A stretch of 63,566 bases of DNA, the filler included, from Ministeria vibrans ATCC 50519 (Eukaryota > Protista > Filasterea), in assembly GCA_943704425.1 (NCBI GenBank). It is 7 parts of 7 records of this genome, joined end to end, with 100 filler letters (N's around TTAATTAATTAA, not from the genome) between each part and the next. Parts side by side here need not be neighbours in the genome. Positions count along the whole stretch, not along the records: positions 1 to 30,515 come from CALSCP010001778.1; positions 30,616 to 39,908 come from CALSCP010000322.1; 5 more parts are not named here. The stretch is one strand, 5' to 3'. The notes beneath the pieces are model-generated. The model made no database searches. It saw only the letters and a program-made list of their open reading frames with translations, and was not told the origin of the DNA. Below are positions 24,411 to 35,700 of this stretch, piece by piece. Within the stretch, counting starts at the first letter, position 1, and the number at the start of each line of letters is the position of its first letter. The position numbers were made by a program, and so were the translations under genes.

Positions 24411-26187
24411 TCAATTATGAGATTGCATACTGCCACTCTCAGTTCCGGACATGGGGTCAATAACAGCATTGATTAGGGCGGGCCGGCGCAGGGCAAACGC
24501 AGCACAGCACGCCGCATATACTTCGTCGGGTGTCTCACAATGGTACCTGGAAAGCCAACACAAAAACATTTTAGATGCAATAGCGAGAAGCTTTCGAGCA
24601 ATTAGTTTGGTTGTCTGACCCATCGCCTTTGACAGATTCCATTAGACGATCGTAGCGAATGCCCTCGACAAAGACGGTGGGGGAAGGATCACCTTCAAAG
24701 CGAGAGCCATCACGCGCACCGCCATAGATTCCACCATTGTTAAACACAATGACGACACAGGGTAGAGCATAGCGCACAAGTGTCTCGACCTCCATTCCAC
24801 TGAAGCCAAACGCTGAGTCACCTTCAACCGCAACGCAGATGCGCTCGGGATGGCACAGAGCCGCAGCCACAGCAAACCCCAGCCCCACGCCCATGGTGCC
24901 CCACGTGCCTGCGTCCAAGCGCTGTCGCGGCACCTCATGCGTGAAGATGGTGCGCCCCAGGTCCATTGTGTTGGCCCCTTCGCTCACTAGCGTGAACCCG
25001 TCGGGCGCCAAAGACGCTGCCAGTGCCTTGCGGATAGCCACTAGCGCTCCTTGATGCGACATGGGCGCCCGTTCTTCATGTGTAGCCAGAGCCTTCCCCA
25101 TCTTGCCCACATTAATCGCCACTTTGGCGGCAATGGCCGTGCGCCACGCACCTCCCACTGCACACGAGCCGACAGAGAGTGCTGCGCCACAGAGCGGTGT
25201 GAGCGCTGCTACAACTGTAGGTGCATGGCCGCAAAGCTGCGTGGACGCAGATACAGTCACGTCGACATCAACTACGATAAACTCGCAGTCGGGGTGCCAT
25301 TTGGGTGCGTCGCCAAAGTGTAGAAGCCAGTTGAGGCGTGCACCAACAACCAAACAAACATCGCACTGTGCTAGGACCAACGATCGCGCTGCACCCGCGT
25401 TGCGCGCGTCACTATCTGCCACAACACCCTTGCCCATAGGTGTTGCCACAAAGGGAATGCCCGTCGCCTCGACAAAGTCGCGCAGAGCCTCCTCGGCGCG
25501 ACTCAGTGCGGCACCCTTGCCAAACACAAGCAGCGGTCGTTCGGCGGCACACAGTCGCGCGGCAGCCGCTGCCAGCTGTTCTGTGAGACTGTCCGAGAGA
25601 GGCAGTGCAGGACTGGGCGACGCCGCGGCAGCCGCAAGCGCAGGCGAGTCAGCAAGACCCGATGCATCGCGGTCAATGCGTTCGCGGAGCACATCCGAGG
25701 GCACATCAATGTAGGCGCTTCCAGGCACGCCAGTCGACGCGGCGTTAACCGCGGCACGCACAACACGCACCAGATCGTCGGCACTCGTCACCCGTTCGGC
25801 GTACTTGGCGTGAGGCGCACACAGCGCGACCTGGTCGAGTTCTTGAAACGCGCCGCGTCCAGCAACGCGCGAGTCGCAACTCCCACTGATCATAATCATA
25901 GGCCAGCGATTGGCGGTCGCGTGCAGGATGCCCGCAAGGCCGTGCACCGCACCAGGCCCGCTGACGGTGAGGAGTGCGCCCGGGACGCCCGTGAGAAACC
26001 CCACGGCGCATGCCGCGTACGCCGCCGCCTGCTCGTTGCGAAACGACACAAAGCGTATCCCGCGCGCTTGGACGGCCGGTGCAAGTGCCGTCACCGGAAT
26101 GCCCACAACACCACACATGTAGCGGATGCCTGCTTGCTCCAGCGCCTCTGCCAGGACGTGAAAGCCGCTCATTGTTTCCTCTGTCAT
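24411..26187 (-). CDS. HACL1: 2-hydroxyacyl-CoA lyase / oxalyl-CoA decarboxylase family TPP enzyme (plant-type), one 3' intron
   Basis: GVVGIPV, FRNEQAA, LLTVSGPG, GAFQELDQ, GARLNWLLHFG, RLDAGTWGTMGVGLG, TPP motif EGDSAFGFSGME..NNGGIYG. Last exon ends AVIDPMSGTESGSMQSHN. Confidence 0.92.
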
Positions 26188-26272
26188 CGAATCAAAAAAA
26201 GAGTAAAACAGAATGAATAGTAAACACCACAAAAATATCAGAATGATTTATTTTTTCTTTTAATATATTTCT

Positions 26273-26308
26273 AGAGTTTCGGTTGAGTTTGCAAGGCGGT
26301 CTGGCTGT
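26273..26308 (+). repeat. 36 bp dispersed repeat (copy at 49173-49208)
   Basis: AGAGTTTCGGTTGAGTTTGCAARGCGGTCTGGCTGT present at both sites with one mismatch. Confidence 0.75.
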
Positions 26309-26697
26309 CAGGCTGTGTCTTTGCGTGGTGACTGTATCAATCATTAATAAATGGGTTGTATTCTTCTTCTTCTATTTATTTTCCTTTATAATAATATTAT
26401 TATATGGGTCTACGGGCGGCTCAATGAGCAATGGGGTTAGTCTATGGCGGAAGGATTGTATTATTCGCTTGTGAATAAACTTTTATACTTCATTTCTTTT
26501 TTAATTATTATTATTAAAATAATTATTATAATAATTTTTTTTTTATACCTTCAAAATTTATTAAACCTATCAAATGATTTCAATGACCCGAGTTTCGCGC
26601 TCATTAGTTGATATTTTGTAAGACAATGTAGGAAAATCTTGTATTGGAATAACTCATTCGCTCTCTCTCTCTCTCTCTCTCTCTCGCTCTCTGTGAC

Positions 26698-29600
26698 TTA
26701 GACATCACCAGACTCATCGTCACGGCCTCCAGCGCGTGTGTCACGCAGCACAAGAGAGGGACGCTTGCGTCGTTCATCAAACACAATGGTGGGGGTTTCG
26801 GTGCTGGAACCACGCGTGACAGGAATGGGTGCACCAGCGCGCGAGGGGTTGCGTGAGCGGGCGCGCTTGGCAGCTGCCAAGACGTTCTTCTCGCGACGGT
26901 CGTCCTCCTCGGGATCCGAATCGTCGTCGTAGGTGGCGTCGGCGTTGGCATACACAGTGCCGTGGCGGTCAAAGGGCGAGTCGGAGTCGAGGGCGTCCAT
27001 GGTCATGGCACCAGCCAGATAGTTGTTCTTGGCCGTCTGTGCTTGGTTGCGACGCTTGCGCACCATAAAGAAGGCCACAATGGCAATGAGAGCAATGATG
27101 CCCACCACCGCACCAACAGCAGCGCCAATGGTCGCCGAACCACTTCCCGACGATTGGCCGCTGGTGTTGCCCTGACCCACCGAGATGGACGTGAGGTGGG
27201 TGCACGTGCACCCCACAGTGCCGGCAGGTGCGGTCGCCGTCTTGGAGCACCCGTTAGTGAGCCACGCCAGCCGCGTCGTGTCCCAATAGCGGCACTCCAG
27301 CGCAGACGCCAGAGTACCCACCGGCACTGCAATGTACACCGTGACGCCATCGTTGAAGTTGTCCACGCTGGCCAGTGTCAAATCGCCAGCGGAGTCGAGC
27401 GAGTACACATCGGCACTCACCACTGAGCCCACAGGCGCAAACTCAAGACTGCTAAACGGACTGACGTCGTACGTGATAAGCTGCACTGTAAACCCAACCA
27501 CATCGGCCGAATTGCGACGGCGATTGCCCACCGACTGAAGGTACTGCATGAGCGACGGAGGCACACTCACCATGTCACCACTCGCCGTCTGGATGTCCGT
27601 CAGCAACGATGAGAGTGTGCCCGAGTCACTCGATTGACACGCACGCACGGCCGTTGCTATGCCCACCGACACACCACCACCGCAGACCACGTTGAGCATC
27701 GTCTGCTTGAGCGCGTCCTGCAGACCCGCCACGACAGTTTCGGCATTTTGGCCCGCCACCGTCGCGTTTGCGGCGGCCGCTGCGCGCACAGCGGTCAGCA
27801 CGGCCGAGCCCATTGCAAGCATGTCCGACAGTCCTGTCGTGCTGAAGCCCGAGCCGGTGCTGGACGCGGAGAGAACCGTGTTGACACGCCCCTGCACCGC
27901 CTGGAACACATTCACCGCTTCGCTCGCAGACAGAGCCGGTCCGCTGCTTACCAGCTGCTTACCAGTGGACGCAAGCGACTCGGCGTCCGAAGGCGTCGTC
28001 GACATGCTCGCTCCTGACGTCGTCAGGCTCACAAACTGCTGAGCCAGAGCCGACTTCTGCGACCCTGACAGACCCTGGGCCGAGTTGGCTGCCGTTGCGT
28101 AGTTGCTAAACTCGGCCGTGTCGCCATTGTTAAATGCGGTCTCTGCCTCGCCCACGAGCAACGACACTGCTGCAGCCGCACTCGACGGTACTGTGACGGC
28201 CACACTAAACGAGACGGTTGTCTTGGCACCCGTCGTACCCGCTAGAACGTCCACTGTCAGCGTCACCGACAGCGCAGTGGTGTTGCGCAGCACAAACGTC
28301 TTTGAGGCGACACCGGCGGCCGGGCCAAGCGCACCGCCGTCCTGGTCGTAAAAGACGTACTGCAGCGCAAAGTCGGAGGTCCAGCCAGAGCACGATACGG
28401 TCAAGTCGGTCGTGAGCAATTCGACAGGGTTCAGCGAGGGCACACATGAGCCGCCCGAGGGCACACCGACGGTGGTTACATCGTATGTAGCAAAACCAAC
28501 GCGACCCGCCAGGCTCGTCACGTCGACGCGAAGAGTATACGTTGTGCCGGATGCAAGCGCACTGGGGTTGATAGCAAGATTGCGTGTTCTCGTGCCAAGC
28601 GGTGCCACAGACACCTGTGACAGCGTCAGGTCGAGCGACGACCAGAGCACCGTTGCATTCGGGAACAGGGTCGTGTTGTAGGCAACAAAAAGTTGCACTT
28701 GACTTGAGGGTGACACAAGACCCGAGTGGACAGGGGAACCAATGGTGATGGAGGGAACCGGAGTAGGCAACTCAACGAGTGTCATGGTCACCGTGGCCGA
28801 GGCAGAGCGACTTGTGGCGCTGTGAGCAACATTGAGCGTGAATGTGTACACGCCCGGCGCGAGCTCACCAGCAGCAACCGTCGCTGTTCTGGCGCTCGCA
28901 AGGCTGAGAGAGCCACACGTGCCCCCAGCAGACACGGGCGCACACGACCATGCGTACGTAATGCCAGTTTCCGCACCGTCTGCAGGATTCTGATCCGGAT
29001 CAACAGGGGAGGCAGCAGTTAGGCCAAACGACGAGCTTGTCGTGGCCGAACGCGTCGAGCCGCCAACAATACCGGCAACAAGTGCAGCATGGCCAACTGT
29101 GAGCGAAGTGGAAGCAGTCGCACTTGCACTCGTCGCCGTGTTGGTCACTACCACAGTGAAGATATACGTGACGCCGGTGGAGGGGAGCGTATACGCCGGA
29201 AGGACCACCGATGGCGAGCTTGCCGAGAAGGAAGGAATGTTGGGCGAGACTGACCAGGCAAAGGAGAGAGGCGCCGCGGTGGTCGTGCACGCGAGAGACG
29301 AAGCAGTGGCGGAAATGACGTTAACGCTGCCGCGCAAGACGTTGTTCTGAGATGGCGACATGGAGAGCGACGGAGCGGGAATGGCTGCTTTGGTAACCAA
29401 CTTGGAGGTGAGCGTGGACGAGGCGCCAAGGAAGGACGTGATCTGCAGGCGAATGTGGTAGCTGCCGCTGGGAAGCTGCTGAGCGGTCAGGGCAGCAATG
29501 GGACCGGACACGCCGGAGAGCACAGTGCTAGCAGCCGATACATCCTCGGAGGCCACAGCGACAATCGACCACGACCACGTCATTGAGCGTGTCGTAAAGA

Positions 29601-30515
29601 TGGGTGACGAGCCAACAAACGAGGCACCTTCGCAGCTGCTGAGCACTGAGGGGCCGCTGATGGCAGCGACGGGTGTGACCGCAGTGGCGGGCGCAGCCAT
29701 GGCGACCGACAGCGCACCGGCAAGCGCGGAGCTTGCATAGATGCGACGGAAGTGCCCAGCGAGCGTGCTAAAGGTGTTTCCGACCACAATGGTCGGTGAT
29801 GTACCAAGTTGCACCGAAATCTGTGTTGGAGACGTTTGCCGACACGACGGCGATGTGCCAAGCAGACTAAGAGTGGCGGTGTCGATGAATTCGCAACTAA
29901 TAGCACCGGTCGGCGTATCGAGTGCGGTGTTAAACAACAAGGCAACAGCGTCACCGAGTGAGCTAAAACGGGCCGAGACAAGCGTGGGAGGACTCAAAGG
30001 AGTGCGCATAACGGAAAAAGGCGATCCTTGAATGGGAACGCCGTTGACGGTGATGCCAATAAGCGACAGCCCAACACCATACACGGTAAGTAGGCCAGAG
30101 ACAGACGCGGTTGTCGGAGACGCAATAACTTGCGTGAGAAGGGGAGACGTCGGACTGGGGAAAGCGTTGATAGAAACCTTCGTACCATTCACATTCATGC
30201 CAAGAACCACGTTGGAGCTGTTATACGGAACGCCAGTCTGTGTGACGAGATGTAACGTGAACGACGAAGTGGTCCCCGACGCTTGAGACGCCGGTGAAAA
30301 TGCCGAACCAGAAACATACGACATACCAGGACTGAGAATTGGAATAAGCGGAACGAGAGCGAGAGACGCGGCTAATCCTTGATTGGTTGCAGAACCAGGA
30401 TATACGGCGCGCGACGCACAGTAGCCAGGCTGCTGCGACGCCCACTGCATGTTCGACGTGCTGCCCACGAAGCGCATTGTCGCATACGACGTGTGGCCCA
30501 CAAACGACGCCTGGC
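26698..30515 (-). CDS. Large type-I membrane protein: Ig/filamin-like, REJ/PKD region, GAIN/GPS, single TM, Tyr-containing tail; 5'-partial
   Basis: Uninterrupted 1267-aa ORF. VNGVPIQGSPF; REJ-type DPD..YAWSC and PSGGSC..VSCSGWTSD; GPS CRYWD..WLTNGC..CTCTHLTS; TM AAVGAVVGIIALIAIVAFFMV followed by RKRR. Confidence 0.85.
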
Positions 30516-30615
30516 NNNNNNNNNNNNNNNNNNNNNNNNNNNNNNNNNNNNNNNNNNNNTTAATTAATTAANNNNNNNNNNNNNNNNNNNNNNNNNNNNN
30601 NNNNNNNNNNNNNNN
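30516..30615. other. Artificial contig-joining spacer (N run with TTAATTAATTAA); also at 39909-40008, 45618-45717, 51511-51610, 60162-60261, 61736-61835
   Basis: Same 100-nt N/linker structure six times; the linker places stops in all six frames. Confidence 0.97.
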
Positions 30616-30715
<100 letters not shown>

Positions 30716-30717
30716 AG

Positions 30718-31694
30718 CTTCTTTAAGAAGCGCAGTGCCAACCCGGCTGAAAATGAAGCGTATGCCAAAGAACGAGCAGCACGTAAAGCCGCAAAGCGCA
30801 CAATGTCAACAACGGATGAGCGTTATGTGCCTACCTATGAGATTGTGTCCAAGCGAGTATGTCATCTTCGAGTGAATGAGCTTAGTGCACAATTGGGATT
30901 GAGACACATTTTCGTACTTAGGAATCGGTTTACACTCGACCTTTGGTTGTCCTCGGTCCAAACAAAGACATCATTTGCGAGCGTCTGCTTGAAACGGATC
31001 CCGACACATTCGCAACGTGTGTGCCTCGTACGACAAAAAAATATTACACACACATTTTAAATTTTGAATGCACACTCACTCTCACTCACTCTCTTTCTTC
31101 ACTCTTTTAGATACCACACGCCCTCGTCGTGATGATGAGGAGCATGGTCGAGAGTACTGGTTCACAACACGCGAAGATATGACTCAGGCCATTCGCGACG
31201 GTACGCTTGAAACACATACACACAGGCTCTCTCTCTCTCTCTCTCTCACATACACCACTCTCATGCACACACTCACTTTAACCACATTTTGTTTAGGCAA
31301 ATTTGTTGAGGCGGGTCAGTACAATGATAACCTGTACGGCACGTCGATCAGTGCTGTGCAGCAGGTGAGCCGTGACGGAGCGCACTGTGTCCTCGACGTG
31401 ACGGCCGCCGCCATCTCCAACCTCTCTGCCGTCCAGCTCGACCCCATTGTCGTGTTCCTCAAGCCGACATCGGTTGACGCCATCATTGCAACCAACCCGT
31501 CCATCTCGCAGGCGCAGGCACAGACCATGTTCGACCATGCTGCCGAGACCAATTTTGAGTCTCTCGTCAATTTTGTCCAGCACTCCGACTGCGAACAGAC
31601 CCTCACCGCCATTCGTGATCTCTGCAAAAACTCCTCCCTCGGCGTCCAATGGATGATCACCGGCGAGTCCCTTACCGAGAACAACAAAAGTTAG
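30718..31694 (+). CDS. DLG: Discs-large (DLG) MAGUK, 3' part (HOOK + guanylate kinase domain)
   Basis: PTYEIV, YTRPLVVLGP.KD, FATCVP/TTRPRR.DE.HGREY.F, KFVEAGQYNDNLYGTSI, HCVLDV, PIVVFLKP. Confidence 0.9.
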
Positions 31695-32027
31695 AGAGAG
31701 AGAGAGACAAAAGAGAGAGCGAGAAAAAGAGAGAAGTAAACCTATATTATTATTATTAATGATTCGTAATAATTATTATAACAATACGAAATATTCATCC
31801 TGCTCAAAACTCAAAAGTGAAAAGTCGAAACTTTTTTTTTTTCTTCACAAGTCTGACACAAGGACGAGCTCATGCCGGACGTCAAGGAGGACGTGTCGTC
31901 GGCAACGCTTTCGGGCGAATCATCAGTGGAAAACGTAAACTTCATCGACCAAAAAAAAATTCGCGATTGCACTGCACCCCAAACGACAGCGTTGCCTTTG
32001 GCGAATCCCGTCGGATCCGCTAGAATT

Positions 32028-32661
32028 ATGGCATATGTATCTATTGGCGCTCTTGACGTGCTTCCTATTGTGCTCATCGCTTCGGAGTGTCCTCTTTTTT
32101 CCCTTATGCTATGTCTTGTCTCTACCACTTTGGCTCATGAACCGTCCAATCTCGCTTGCACCTTGCTCTTTCGTCCCAAACTCCTCACACTGGCAAGTAT
32201 ATGCGCTGTTCCATCCACCCCATTCCGTACCATAGTCGCGGACACGAGTCAAATTGCGCTGGCTCGTCGCTTGAAAGAGGCCGCTTCGTTTGGGTCCCGA
32301 AGATTGATGACAACGCCAACCCTTATTCCCTCAAGCGTCTCACACCAACATCACCCTCTCCCGACAACCATCCAAGGGTGTGCTCGTTTTCTCCCTTTCT
32401 TTTTGATGCGCATCTCCCGCTCAACTTTTTTGTCGTCTTTAGATTGACGAAAGCGTCAACAACGACGAAAATCCCAGTGTTGCCGAATCCACCAACGACA
32501 CCGACATCGACACCACTAGCACAGACGACTCTTCGAGTCTTCCTCGAGCGTCCCTATCTCCAGACGCCCTGAGGTACGCAATTTCGCCTCGAACAAACCT
32601 CATCCCTTCTCCCTCTCTCTCTCTCTCACTTTGTTTCTTTCTCCTCTCCTTTCTCCCTCCC

Positions 32662-32752
<91 letters not shown>

Positions 32753-35700
32753 CTCACACACGCACATTTTCCCACGTAGACGACGTGAACACGAACGAGG
32801 CTATGTCTGTGAACAGATGGAGGATTTTGGCGAGAATCCCGATCCAAATGGAGTTGCCATCAACGCCGACTGGTGGTCGATGTGGGCGGCGTACGTTGGC
32901 CTTCACGACTCGCTCCAGTCCGCCACAACCACACCTCCTCCTCGCCCTGCTGCCATCGACAACACACCGCTTCTTTCTCACCCAGGACCCAGACCGCTCG
33001 AACAAGGCTCAGGCTACGTTGTCGGTATGTTATTGTGTCAAATTCAATTTTGAACTTGCATTATATTTGTTTTTGTGTCAAATTCAACTTTGTTGATTAC
33101 ATTTTGTTTTTAGTTCCCAAATCTATGTGGGACTCGTTGATCATCTGGTACGGCGGAGGTCCCGTCGTGTCTACCTCGCGACTCGAGCGAACGCTTCCCT
33201 TGTCGGAGAAAGTCGAACGGAAATTGAGCAAGCAAGCAACGTTGGGTGACGGCGACTCGGATCTGCTTCATCGACTGCCGCGTCGACCTGGTCGTAGTGC
33301 AAGCGACGATAGCACCGACGACGACGATGATGATGATCATGCTAACCAACACATTGGCAGCGCACTAGTCAGTATCGCCGGTAACGCTGATAAAGACGAC
33401 GAAAAGGACCTCTCGCTGTACGTCTCGAACCTCGAGCGTCTCAGTCCAACTCCTACTCAATTGCGCGCTCGTCCTCCTTCTCCCGAAAGTGCCGCTCATG
33501 ACTCGGGCACGCGTGTTCTCTACGAGGTCACGCCCACGGGCATCAAGTCGACAACAGCCAAGGGCACAACATCAACAGTGGCGACCATCACGAACAATAA
33601 GGGCGGTGTCAACTATGAGGATGACGATACCTTCTTCAACATGCTCAACAACGACGGCCTTGGCATGGCCGATGCGCCCGAATCATCTACTACCGCTTCT
33701 GCTACTGCCACTGGTGGTTCTCTTGCTGCTGCTGGTACTTCTACTGTGAGCACTCCCGACGACGATGGCGGTGTCTTTGGCGGCATGTTCAACGAGGCAC
33801 CCTCCACTGCCCCCCTCGCCATCACCTACACCAGCTCGTACCGTGGTGGCTCTTGGTCACGCTACCGTGACGAGCGTGCTCCCAATGGCGCTTCACCGGG
33901 CCTCTGTGGTCTGCGCAACCTGGGAAATACGTGCTACATGAATGCTGCACTGCAGTGCATCTCGCATGTGCCACCCGTCACCGCACTCCTCACGAGTGAT
34001 GACTTCTTGCAGGACCTCAACACCGACAACCCGCTCGGTCACGATGGTGACATTGCCCACGAAATGTCCAAGCTGTTGCGACGCACCTGGTCCGGTCAAT
34101 TTAGCTGCGTGGTGCCCAAGACGCTCAAGGATGCGATTGGCAAGCACAAGAGTGACTTTGCAGGGTACGGTCAGCAAGACTCGCAGGAATTACTCTCCTT
34201 TGTCCTCGACGGCCTCCACGAGGACCTCAACCGTATCAAGAAGAAGCCGTACGTTGAAAATGTCGACTCGGACGATCCCAAGTGGATCGACAACCTTTCT
34301 GAGATGGCGGACGAATCGTGGACTCGTCACCGACTGCGCCACGACTCCATTATCGCCGATACCTTTCTGGGTATGTTCAAGTCGACTGTGCGCTGCAGCA
34401 AGTGCGCCAAGTCGAGTGTCAAGTTTGAGCCGTTCATGCAGGTGTCCGCACCTATTCCCGTCTCCAATCAGGTCATTCTCTCGGTCACCTGGGTGCCCCC
34501 ATCACTTGCTGACGAGCCCCGTCGCTTTCAGCTCAGCGTCAACAAGAACGCCGAGATCCTCGTGTTGCGCGATCTCATTGCCGCCTGCGTCGGTCGTCCC
34601 TCGTCGCACATTCTCATTGCTGATGTGTACCACCACTACATTTATGCAACGCTCGAGGAACACTCGCTCATCCGCAACATCAACGAACCTTTTGAACTTT
34701 TTGCCTTTTTGCTGGCGGCCGACGCCGACGAACACCACCGACGACAGTACGAGAAGCTCACCTCGCGTGCCAACGACTCTTTCCCACCCGTGCCTCCGCC
34801 TCGCCCGCAACCACTCGACGCGACCGCTCCCGTCTCTCTCGACGATCTCACCGCCTCGTCGGTGGAATCAGTCACCGATTCCACCTCGACAGAAACGACA
34901 ACAACAACTCGTGTGGACACGTTTGAGATGAGTGAGTCTCTTGGAAACAACGCGTCGACCGTGCGCGGTGGTCTCCAGGCGCTGGCCGAAGAGGATGAAG
35001 AGGACGACGAGCCTCCCTTGACGGTCGTCGGGACGGCGGTGGCGATGACGTCGACAGGAGTCGTCTCATCAAGCGACGCGGGTCTTGATGGTCCACTTCC
35101 GCTGGAAATGTTGTCACTGCGTGACGCCGCCGTGGCCGAAGCGACTGCGAATGTCACACGTGAATTGGACCAGTACTTGGTGGCGGGCGAGTTTGATCCG
35201 AACCACGAGAGTTACTTTGACGAAAAGCAACTCTATGAGGCGGACAGCGACGACGCTTCGTCTATGCATGGATTTGGTGGTGCGAGTGACTCGGACAGCG
35301 ACGATTCGAGTATGGACGAGTGTCCCGTGGCAGGCCTGACTGGCTCGCACCCGGGTGCGCTCAATTCGCACTCGTATGCCCTTTCAAACCCCTTGCAGTT
35401 TGACCACGAGTCGAGTGACGACGACAATGACGAGGAGGATGGCGATGCAGCCGAGCCACTGGTCAAGCCTTGGCGCAGTGGAGGTGGTGCAGCCGAACGT
35501 GTGCCACTGGTACAAGCCGATGCGACTGCGAGCGATGACGACGATGTATTTGAAGATGACGAGGACGGTGATGGTGTTGGTACTGGGGACAGGCGCACTC
35601 AGCAGCGCAATGTTTCGATCGAAGGCGAGCTTGACAGTGATTCTGCGGTGCACGGTGACTCGTCGGACGATGACGACACGGACGCTCGCTCGTCGTCGAG

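Noticed and set aside
24221-24411. Readthrough fusion of HACL to the downstream ARM-like gene (frame stays open after the TGA)
   Set aside because: No readthrough-favouring context, the intervening sequence looks like UTR, and the downstream gene has its own ATG.
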